Positions 10,276 to 20,000 of a stretch of 20,000 nt of DNA are shown piece by piece. The position numbers and the translations under genes are program-made. Within the stretch, counting starts at the first letter, position 1, and every line of letters starts with the position of its first letter. The stretch is taken from assembly GCA_001662655.1 (NCBI GenBank), contig KV460254.1; one strand, written 5' to 3'. This DNA comes from Pseudogymnoascus verrucosus. Its lineage: Eukaryota. The notes below the pieces were generated by a model. It searched no databases. It saw nothing but the letters and a program-made list of their open reading frames with translations, and was not told where the DNA came from.

Positions 10276-13247
10276 ACAAACCAACACCCTCTCGCCCTTC
10301 CCTCCCTCCGCCAGCTCCCCTAACCCCCTACTCCTCCCCCCAATCCACGCCCCATACCCGCCCCCCACAAAACTCACCGTCTCGATCCCCCCCTTCGCCT
10401 TCGGCCTCGGCCACGGCGGTAGTTTCGTCCCAGCCTTAGGGGCGGGGTGGGGTGTCTCCCCGGCTTCGACGAGGCCGCCTGAAGGCGTGGTGTCGAGGGC
10501 TATGGGGTGTCGTGGTGGGGTTACGTCGGTCGCGCTGGGGATGCTGGTGGGGGTGTCTGTGGTCGTGGAAGCGTCGGTGGAAGATCCCGTGACAACATCC
10601 ATGACAGAATCCGCGACAGCTGTCGTGATACCGGTCGTGGAAGCGTCCGCAGCAGCGGGGATAGCTGGCTCAGCACCAGCTGTTGCAGGAACAGCAACTG
10701 CGGTACCATCCGCTGCCGCAGACGCGGGCGCAGGAGCAGCCGCATCAGCAGCAGGAGCAGGAGCAGAAACACCAGTCTCCACCATAGGAGCTGCCGTACC
10801 TGCTGTCACGCCAGGCACAACCGGCTCCCCCGCCCCCACCCTCACCACCCCCCTAACCCCCGTCACCCCCGCCACAACACTAGGCATAAAACTGCCAAAC
10901 AACCACGGATACTGCATAATCTCCGCCTCAAACGCGCTCACCGTCTCCTTCGCAAGAGCTTCGTACTTGTCGTCCCCCAGCAGGCTGGCGAGCCGGAACA
11001 GGTTCGAGGCCGAGACGCCGTTGGTGGAGGGTTCGGAGGCGTCCATGCCGTCTTTGAGGCGGAGGATGGTGTGTGGGGCGGCGGCAGCGGTGGCGAAGAA
11101 GCCGGAGGAGAGGGGGTCGAGGAAGTGGGTTATTTGGGTTGCTGTGTGCGCGTTAGCTTGGGTCCAAGATATCCAATCTTCCTAGCCACATGACGAAGCC
11201 GTGGGGTAGGGAAGGGCGGGGGGGTTAGAAAGGGAGACAGAGAAAGGGGCAAAGAGGGAAAGAAAAGAAAATCACTCACCCTGCAGCTCATCAGCCCACC
11301 TAACCCACTCATCCTCAAACGTCGCCTCATACAGTTCCAGCAGCCCCTCAACCAAAAACGCATAATCATCCGCAAACCCCGCCGTCTCCCCCGGCCCATC
11401 GCGCCACACCCTCCTCAGCGTCTTAGCATCCTCATCATACATCTCCCTCCTCACGAACCTCGCCGCCCTAATCGCAGCATCAAGACACTTCTCCGACATC
11501 TCCCCATCCACCTCCCTCAGCGACGATCCCGCGCGCGCCAGCGCCCCAATCGCTATCCCGTTCCACGCGCATACAATCTTATCATCCAGATTCGGAGCGA
11601 CGCGCTCGGCTTCTCGGTGCGCGAGAAGGGTGCGCTTCGCGGCCTTGATCGTCTCCACGACCTCGGACTCGGAGATGCCGAATTGCGACGCGAGTTGCGA
11701 GGGGGTGGAGGCGATGCGGAGGACGTTCTGGTTGATGAACTCGTCGTGCACGTCGTGGCTAGGCGCTACATTGCCATCGGGACTCACACCGAAGAACGCG
11801 GATACGATATCCGCCGCGCCGCCGCTGGGGAGGAGAGTCTCCAGCTCGCGCGCAGTCCAGACGTAGTACGCCCCCTCGCGCGTCTCCTTATCCCCCTTGC
11901 GGTAAAACGAATCCGCATCCTGGGAGCTGTAAAATCCGCCCCCCTCTCTCGCAATGGGCGCAGAAGTCAAATACGCAGCGAGATCGTAAACAACGCCCAG
12001 AAGCTCCGCGTCCGGTTTCTGCAGCCCGAGAAAGGCGTCCAGGTACACATGCAGCAGCTGCGCGTTGTCGTACAGCATTTTCTCAAAGTGCGGCAGCGAC
12101 CAGTCCGCCGTGACGCTGTAGCGCGAGAAGCCGTGGCCGATGTGATCGTGGATCCCTCCCCTCGCCATGGCGCGCAGGCTGGAAAGCGCCATGAACTGCG
12201 CAGATTTGACCTCCTCCGCGCCGACAACATCAAGGACCGGCTGCGGGAAATGCGGCAGCCGGAGCAGGAAGGACAGTTTGCTGGGCGTGGGGAACTTGGG
12301 CGCGGCGCCGAAGCCGGAGTTGGTCGTGTCGAAGGTGGACATGAGGTGCTGGTAGGCCTCATCGATGACATCGAGATCCAACCCCCCTGCTGCTGGCTCG
12401 GCGCCCGCTTTGGTAGCGCTGCCGCCGCCGAGAGTGCCCTCTGCGGCGAAGTCTTTGAGCTGCTGTAGGATCTGCGCGGAATCGAGACGGCATCTGGATT
12501 CCTGCTCGCGCCAGGCTTGGGAGAGCTTGCTGAGGATGCCGAGGAAGTCGACGTGGTCCTCGAGTTCGAGCTGGGGGGTGTTGGAGTGCGGGCCGTGCCA
12601 GTACGTGCCTCCAAACACCGGCTCGAGGGTCGGGGTGACGAAGACATTGAGAGGCCAGCCGCCGGACCCGGTCGTGGCTTGCACGAAGTTCATGTAGATG
12701 CGGTCGATGTCTGGGCGCTCTTCGCGGTCGATCTTGATGGGGATGAAGTCCTTGTTGAGGATCGCGGCGACTTCGTCGTTCTCGAAGGATTCTTTCTCCA
12801 TTACGTGGCACCCTGGGTTATGTTAGCTGGGTATATCGGACGCCGAGGGGAGGGGTAAGGAAACGTACAATGGCAAGCGCTATACCCAATACTAATAAAC
12901 AACAATTTATTCTGCTTCTTCGCCAACTCAATCGCCTCATCCCCAAAAATCTGCCACGCAACTGGATTATTCATATGCCCACGCACCTATCCACCAGTCA
13001 GTCAGTCAGCCGCGGTTCCATCCCCATCCTCCACCTCCACAGCGCCGGCAAAACTCACATAAGGACTCCTACTCTCCCCCGCCCTATTCCTCAGCGTCGT
13101 CACAGCGGGGACATCTTCCTTCGCCGCCGCCGCGCCGGCATCAACAGGAGCAGCAGTCTGCGCTCCCACGCCCCTCTCCTCCCTCGCCTTGAACCCCAGC
13201 TTCTCCGCCGCTTCTCCTAACATCGACTTCCCCTCCGCGCCGACCAT
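10222..13247 (-). CDS. SPATA20/SSP411/YyaL-family protein (DUF255 thioredoxin-like domain plus six-hairpin glycosidase-like barrel), about 919 aa; exons 13247-13059, 12986-12869, 12812-11280, 11141-10222
   Basis: Spliced motifs NR...SRSPY|VRGH..NPVAW, IGYSACH-W-CHVMEKESF (Trp codon split by an intron), DREERPDID, GGWPL, PKFP, PHFEKMLYDNAQL, DADS, EGAYYVWT, DDKIVCAWNG and DGMDASEPSTN. Introns 13058-12987, 12868-12813 and 11279-11142 are all GT..CTRAC..AG. Total 2760 nt in frame. Confidence 0.95.
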
Positions 13248-14505
13248 GACGACAACGAAACAAACGGTGTAGTGCTAGACGTCTCTTCTCTTCTCCAAAC
13301 AACGTAGTAGCAGCTCTAGTCCAGAGCGATAAGAGGTAGGTAGTAGTTCGTCGTTGAGGGTAGCGCAGTGGTCTTTTTTTTTGTATGTATGTACTGCGGG
13401 AAGGGCGGACGTTGCGTGTGCGGCGGATTAATGGGGGATCGAACCCGGGTAGCTGTTCGCTCGCTCGCTCGCTCGCTCGTCGTTCCCCGCCAGTCCGTGC
13501 GGGTGGAGGAGGGGTTGCGGACTCGATTTGGCATGGCGTCATGGCGTAGTGTGGGTGTGGTGATTATGTAATGGGAATCGTGGAAGTCATCGGATAAATG
13601 TAGCGGTCATGGGAGTTAGTCAATGCTAGAGGTAAATTGATGCCCACAATATAATTATATTCACGCTAGCAATTGCGATGATTTTTGTTGAAGAATTACT
13701 GGTATCAGTTTCACGTTTAGATAGTACCGGGGAGAAATTGTAGAGAAAGGTCTGTAATTCCGGATCGAGAAGCTAGCTACAGTAGTATACCCAGCCCAGC
13801 CTCAGACCACCATCCTACAGCTTCTCCAGTGTCATAAATGTGTTCAATCACAACCACCACCCCAAAAAAATCACACAATTGAAGTAGCAGACTTTTTTCA
13901 TATTCATTCACTCATCCCTAACCCATCCCATCTCCATCTCATCCCAGAAAAAAATCCCCTCCAAGACTCGATAAAGATAGGAAACAGAAGCCCAAGAATC
14001 GCATCCACACCCAGAGTCATCGTCGGACAAACACGCAGTAAAAAAACTGGTTACTGTACAAGAAGTGAAAACAAATGTAGATTTTTGAATGATAAAAAGG
14101 TGTGTTCGTTGTATGCCAGCCGCTCAGGCCGTCCTGCACCAGAGTTGTTTTTGTCATGAGGTACAGGCCGTCAATGGCCGTAAAGAATGGTCCAGAAGTG
14201 AAGATACAAAAAAAGGTAAGACGCGCCGCCCTGGGCATCGTCGTCCTCAAAACCACCAAGCCACACCAATGCAGGATTTCTAAATGCTCGCGACGCGCGT
14301 CAGTGGATGTGGGATTGATACCCGATCAGCCCCCAACCGTCTGCCGCCCGCTGAAGGAAAAAAATCAAGTTGCGTAGCACGCTCGCGGAGCATGCTGAAA
14401 GAAGCGAAGAGCGAAAAGGGGGTGTAAAAATGTGTTGATATCCGACGACTCTCTGTGCGTACTGCGTTCTTGGGAAAGAAGAGGAATGTGCGCAAAAGGG
14501 GGCGT

Positions 14506-15691
14506 TTAGCCGACGACCGCGGATTTGCCGAGGGGCTTGAGGACGTTGGCTGCGTATTGGCCACCGACGTTTCCTTGAGGGTGAGTTAGTAAAGGGGTTC
14601 ATTTGTTAGGGAGGGTCGAAAAGGGGGGACGTACCAGGGCTGCCGTAGTTGCAGACGGTGTACCATCCGGAGAAGGGCGCGGAGAACATCGGGCTGCCGG
14701 TATCGCAGAACACTGTTGCGCATCCGACGGTCCCGGTGCCCTTCCAGACGACCTGGCTGAAGTGGCCCCAGCTGTGGAAGTTGGACATGTCCGGGTCGTT
14801 CTGGCCGTACATGGAGGGGTCGAAGAGCGGGAGCTCGCCGTTATACCACTGGTTGGAGATGGCACCTCCGGAGATAGTGGCAGGGTCGCGGGACTTCTCG
14901 TCGCCCGAGCTGCCGGACTGCGCGAGGTTCTGGCCGTAGCCGCCGCCGCCGATGCTCGTGTCGTGCTTGAAGACGCAGGTCTTAGCGAGCTGGGCGGCGT
15001 AGCCGGCGAGCTCGTCGCTGTAGGTCAGGGCCGGGGCGGAGTGGTTGGTGCGGTGCACGTTGTGGTGGAAGAGGACGGCGCTCTTGTAGTCGGTGCCGGC
15101 GGGGGATGCGACGGGGGCAGCGGCGGCGGTGGTCTGCACAACGGGGGCGGCCTGGACTGGTGTCTCCTGGACGACTGGGGTGGTCACGGCGGGGGTGGTG
15201 TCAACTACGACGGCTTGCTGGGGAGCCTGGGTTGTGACGGGTGCCTCAGGGGTGGGGGTTGGTGTCGGGGTCTCGACGATTGGCTCCGGAGTCGGGGTTG
15301 GGGTTGGGATTGGCTGCGGGGTGGTGCTCTCGAGGAAGATGGCATCGGTGAGCACCGGTGCGGGAATAGTTGGGGTCACGACAGGCGGGGTCGAGGTGGT
15401 GGTTGGGACGACGCTGGAGCTGGTCTTGGTCTAATCGGGGTGTTAGCGTGCCGATCGTTCAAGATGAGGATAGCTGATTGGCGACCAAATCGCCAGTCAA
15501 CGCCAATTGAGCACTCGAAAATGCCAAATATTGAGATGGGGGTGTGAAGGAGGACTTACAGTAGAGAGGCCTTCAGTAACGAAGACGGTCACGTAGTCGA
15601 TAACGACGTCGGTGACATATGCGCGCTTCTGGACGGGAGCGGCAAGGGCGAGGGCGGACAACCCCGCGAGGACGATAGCTGAAGAGCGCAT
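14506..15691 (-). CDS. Secreted CAP (SCP/Tpx-1/Ag5/PR-1, Pry-like) protein, 331 aa; exons 15691-15560, 15430-14635, 14573-14506
   Basis: Signal peptide MRSSAIVLAGLSALALA, then APVQKR (Kex2-type dibasic site) and a Thr/Pro-rich stalk. CAP motifs HNVHR, YGQNL, WYNGE, GHFSQVVW, VGCA and YTVCNY..PGNV. Introns 15559-15431 (GTAAGT..GCTAAC..TAG) and 14634-14574 (GTACGT..ACTAAC..AAG). 996 nt in frame. Confidence 0.95.
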
Positions 15692-16123
15692 GTTGATTCT
15701 TGGTAAGTATCGTGGGTATGCGTTAGGTGTTGACGTGCGTGCTTGATCCCAGATCAGCGCTTGCTAAAGCTATTTGGTTTTTGAGGTCGTAAATGGTAGC
15801 TATGAGAGCAATTTGTGGTTGTTTGCTGGTGATAAGCTACTGAGTGAATTTCGATCGACTTGCGATTTTCTGCTTGACTGAACTGGCAGTACAAGTGATT
15901 GTTATCTTCTCGAGGGAAGGATCGATAATTCGAGTGAATGGTGCTGCTGGAATCGATCCAGTCGGGCAATAGCGATCGATCGTGGAGATCTGAGTAAGTC
16001 CGGAGACGTGGGTAATGCAAAGGAGTGTTATAGAAAAAGGACAGTGAATCTTCTTGACCGAAGAAGGAAGTTGTAGAACAAGGAGTGGACGTTGAGTAAC
16101 CCAACAAGTCAAGAGATGGTGGT

Positions 16124-16184
16124 AAAAGAGGAAAGAGGTGAGGAGAGGAAAGAAGAGGGAGAAGAGAAGAAGAGGAAGAAAGAG
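16124..16184 (-). promoter_or_regulatory. CT-rich (polypyrimidine) tract upstream of the CAP gene; possible core-promoter element
   Basis: About 60 nt of almost pure A/G on the + strand (C/T on the coding strand), roughly 430-490 nt upstream of the ATG. CT boxes are common near transcription starts in filamentous fungi. Confidence 0.45.
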
Positions 16185-18787
16185 TGTGGTTGTTGTATGG
16201 TGTTTTGGCGGCGGTGACCCAAGATTGGCAGATTGGGAGCACAGATTAGGGAGCGCGGGAGGGAGATTGGGTGTGTTTGGGTGTTTTGGCAGTGGAGAAA
16301 TGTGAGAGCCTAGAGTTGCTGCTAGGTACGCCAGGAACACCAGGGATTGTTTGTGGGGTGGGATGAGAAGGGTGAGAGGTGACTGGGGGGGAGTTGGACA
16401 AGGGGATGGGTTGGTTGATGGGCGCTGATGGGCGCTGATGGACAACACTAATTTGCTGTACTTCGTTATGGGCCCCGCGCTAATAAAAGGGGAGGAGATG
16501 ATGTGAATGGGCGGTTCTGGGTGAGCTCAATTTGAAACGAGGATAATTTGGAGCATCGTACCTGAAGGTATCGTACCCTTAGTTTGCCTTTATACAAGGT
16601 GAAGGAAGGAAGCTTGTCAGTGTCGCTGTCGATGCCGATGGCACCTAGATCGATATCGACTGTTTACTGTCCATACAGTCAATATCCGTCGCTATGTGGA
16701 CCCTTGATCGATGCAACTCAATTCCCGCCTATCTGCGCGCGTCGTCATTTCATCACAAAGAAGAGACCCCTCTATGCACAGTTGTGGGGTTGTTGTCTCT
16801 TCCAGTCTCCCAGCCAGCACTCCGCCAGCACGATGAGTACCCATAGTATGGTAGGTGAGCGTGGATTCCATCTGAATCAATGTTTCACTCTCGTCGTCGA
16901 TGACGGACGCAAACGGCGACAACAGAAGGCTCAGTATACGGAAGTGGCGGTAATTGCAGTACTTCCCGTACAGTGTTTCCCAGCTCTGTTTCTGTGTACC
17001 TCCTCCTGTCGCACCTACCCGCCGCCAATTCCCAGCACTTCCTCAGTCCCACCGCAACTCCAACTCCAACTCCCAACTCCGTAACGAGAGTCACGTCACT
17101 GGAGTAACACCCAGCAGCAGCCACCAGCCATCCATCACCCAGCCATTGTCTCGCCCACAAACACTCCCTCGGGCCATTACCGCCATCACCGCCACGACCA
17201 CCACGACCACCACCCTGCTGCAAACACGTGTGTTTCCTCCATACGTGCCAGCAACCGGTATCCGTCCACTCTCTGTCTCACTGTGCCGGTACGCATACAT
17301 ACCAGCGCGTACCACTCCCTCATCCCTCCCCAACACCCGCAGGTCCATACGCCGTCATCGCACGATCGGCACCGTCTCCTCCAAACTCTGATCGAAACGA
17401 CCACAATCCAGACCCATCTGCGTCTCCGTTTTTCGCCCCCCTCTTCATCCCAAGTACTGTGCAGTAAAAGTCGCGCACGCACATCCATCATCCACCGTCC
17501 CAGAGCACACGCACACACACACGCACATCATCCCAACTCCACTCTCCCCATCGATCACCCTTCCAAATCTCCCCCCTCATCACCCGCTATCTCCCCCATC
17601 AAGGATCACAATGCTTATCCCTCCCCCCAACCAATCACCCCCTTCCCCACCCCAGCGCCCCCCACAAACCGGCTGTTTGATCATTACCCGCTTCCGTTTC
17701 GACACGGACCCACAGATGGCGCTGATTGGATGATACATTATAATTGTGGGTCGACCCTTGCAGTAGGGCCAGGAACAATCGTGTTAGCTAGCTTGTGAGT
17801 GGGTTGGTGGTGGGTACGTACCGACGACTGGACTGGACTGGACTGTGTGTGAGAAGTGAAGTGAGGATTGGCTGAGGACTGGGTGAGGACTAACTGGGTG
17901 AGGGATTGCATATGGGTATGCACGGTTGTTTGTTTGCGTAGATGGGATGGAGGCTGGATGCACGCAGGTAGCAGGCGGCTGGAGGGACGGTGAGTGAGGT
18001 GGGAGGGCAGGGCAGGGCATGTCGGGCTGGCTGTGCGTGCTTTCGTGTGACTGCAGCATACAGTAACGATAACTGCTGTACCACGACAACTGACTGGCTG
18101 ACTGAGTCGCCAGTACCTCTCGGCATCCCGAACCCAGCCAAACCGACCACCGCCCATCGCCGGTAGCGTGACGTTCCTCAACCCATCCCGGCCTTCTCGA
18201 GTAGAGTGCAGTGAGTACCCTCTACCCTGCGTGATCTCCACCAACACAGGCCCCCATGGCTCGTGCGAGTGTCCTGGCGCTGTAGCTCATTTTAGCGGGT
18301 TTATGCGTGGACTTGGCGGGAGGGGGTCTAGACCAAAGGTGCTGTAGAGATCAAAGGGATGATGTTGCTGGTAGATGTCTGACTGTCTGGCTGAGGATAC
18401 GGATATGGAGATGAGGTATGGAGTGGTTCGTAGTTGGTGGTTGGAGGTGAGAGGTGCAGGTAGATATCTGGCTGGTTAAGGATACGGATACGGAGATACT
18501 ATCCGGCGATACCGTACTGGTGGGTGGTAGAGAATTGGGTTGGATATTCGTACAATATCGTATATCGCTTTATACCACCAAGGTGGTCACGGTATGCAGA
18601 AACCCAGCTTTCCCACCTCAACTCCGAGCTCGAGGTCTGGTGCTACAGCTATACTCACCAGCAACTACATCCATACCGTGTATGTAGGCACGACAGCAAG
18701 ACATCTTCACACCGTATGTAAGCACGAACGGGAGCTACCCACCCCCCCATTCCACCGTTCCAGCCCCAAATCCCGCCGCCAACGAGG

Positions 18788-19049
18788 CCGTTGTTGTTGT
18801 CTCACAACTACCCCTCCCTTCACCGGACACAGCATCATCAGCGGCAACAGGGTTACAGTAAGTCCCGGAGCTCCTCACCGTTTCGTTGTCTCGAAGCTAC
18901 CCCTCCTTCACCGGACACAGCAGGAGCAGCAGCGATAAGAGCTTCACAGTAAGTACGGAGCTAATCGGAATCTCACCGTTTTTATTGTCTCATAGCTATC
19001 CCGCCTCTTGCCTTATACCACACCACACAGCACACCACAGCACACCACA
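18788..19049. repeat. Degenerate tandem array of about 90-98-bp units (about 2.5 copies)
   Basis: Units start with CCGTT at 18788, 18878 and 18976. They share TTGTCTC..CTA.CCC, CTTCACCGGACACAGCA (twice) and ACAGTAAGT..GGAGCT (twice). Confidence 0.8.
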
Positions 19050-19468
19050 GCAGCTACCCTAGAGTACGTGCATCCCCGGAAGTATAAAAGCTTACTACAA
19101 CCGGGGTGGACACACTGCAGTGCTGGCTATCCCGACGCGGTAGGACGACGGAACAGTGCGACGGCGCCGTTGTAGGTGTCTCACTATGCTGTGTTGCGAT
19201 GGGATGGGATGCCGGTGACGTTGGGCTGGGCTGGGCTGTGAGAGTACCCCGCGGTAGCTGGTGTCGATGGTTGGTGCCCGGCGATGGTGAGAGGGTGAGG
19301 TGAAGAGTGAGGAGGAGTGAGGATCCGGGATTAGTATCGCCGGATGGGAGATGAGGAGAGGGGGTGTCGTGGTGGTGAAGTGGTGGGTGGTGAGGTGATG
19401 GGCTGCTGTTCTGTCTACCCCGCCTCTTGCCTTATACCACACCACACAGCACCACACAGCACACCACA
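18996..19468. repeat. Dispersed direct repeat of about 54 bp (18996-19049 and 19415-19468)
   Basis: Exact 34-bp core CCCGCCTCTTGCCTTATACCACACCACACAGCAC at 19000 and 19419 (offset 419), extendable with few mismatches. Confidence 0.9.
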
Positions 19469-19471
19469 ATA

Positions 19472-19565
19472 GATATAAACATACCTTTTAATCCACTTCA
19501 ATTCAAGAAGTCCCAAGAAGTCCCAACTTCTTGAATTGAAGTGGATTAAAAGGTATGTTTATATC
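19472..19565. repeat. Perfect inverted repeat with 40-bp arms and a 14-nt spacer
   Basis: 19472-19511 GATATAAACATACCTTTTAATCCACTTCAATTCAAGAAGT is the exact reverse complement of 19526-19565. The spacer is CCCAAGAAGTCCCA. Confidence 0.97.
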
Positions 19566-20000
19566 ACAGAATCTTCACTGAACCTCTTCATGTCCCAACC
19601 CCCCAACAACCACACAGCAACACAACACACACAAACAGAACCAAAAATAGGATATGAGAATCTAGTTTTTCCTAGAAAAATCAATGAATCACAGCTATCA
19701 TATCTTCAACTTAGATACCGATATTATACATACTATACACCCACCCACCACCTACACCACCCCCTTTTCCGCGCCGAGATCTTTCCCCATTCTACGCCCA
19801 AACCTGGAATCGCCAGCACCCCCCGGGCCCCCCACCCCGCCTTCTTCTCTTTCTTTCCCTAGGACCGTAGATACGCCTTCCAGCGCCCCATCCTAGCGAC
19901 GACTAGCCCCATAAGCCGCCCCTGCCGTCCCCGCCGCATCTCCACCCTCCCCATCGAACCAACGCCGCCGGAACGTGGCTCGAGATGAGTTTGTAGACCA

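Noticed and set aside
10487..12468. Long + strand ORFs (232, 228 and 283 aa)
   Set aside because: Antisense shadows of the SPATA20-like gene caused by codon bias.
14603..15547. 314-aa Gly-rich + strand ORF
   Set aside because: Antisense to the Pro/Thr-rich CAP gene, with no ATG start.
5598..15691. PLC, kinase, SPATA20-like and CAP genes as a functional cluster
   Set aside because: No shared pathway or regulatory signature is visible, and adjacency alone is not evidence in a fungal genome. Conserved synteny and co-expression would be needed.
15754..18938. Numerous 65-203-aa ORFs upstream of the CAP gene
   Set aside because: Low-complexity translations without domains, consistent codon bias or coherent exon chains.
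18788..19565. Repeat cluster interpreted as a CRISPR array or intact transposon
   Set aside because: Eukaryotic context, degenerate units without regular unique spacers, and no transposase, LTR termini or target-site duplication.

Overview
Eukaryotic DNA, most consistent with a filamentous ascomycete fungus: short GT-AG introns of 47-138 nt with CTRAY branch sites and GC-rich coding regions. I reconstruct six protein genes. (1) The 3' end of an uncharacterised gene (+, to 555). (2) A hidden two-exon, 67-aa Cys4 zinc-ribbon-like microprotein gene absent from the ORF track (-, 2504-2754). (3) A three-exon phosphoinositide phospholipase C with an atypical active-site motif (-, 5598-8053). (4) An intronless, bacterial-looking APH/choline-kinase-fold phosphotransferase (+, 9046-9876). 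(5) A four-exon SPATA20/YyaL-family protein (-, 10222-13247) whose stop-codon region is tandemly duplicated. (6) A three-exon secreted CAP/PR-1-like protein (-, 14506-15691). The last 4.3 kb has no convincing CDS but holds a repeat cluster and a perfect 40-bp-arm hairpin (19472-19565). I see no clear multi-gene novel system. The best leads are the microprotein, the hairpin/repeat cluster, the candidate horizontally acquired kinase and the altered PLC. Family assignments come from motif recognition only; no database search was run.
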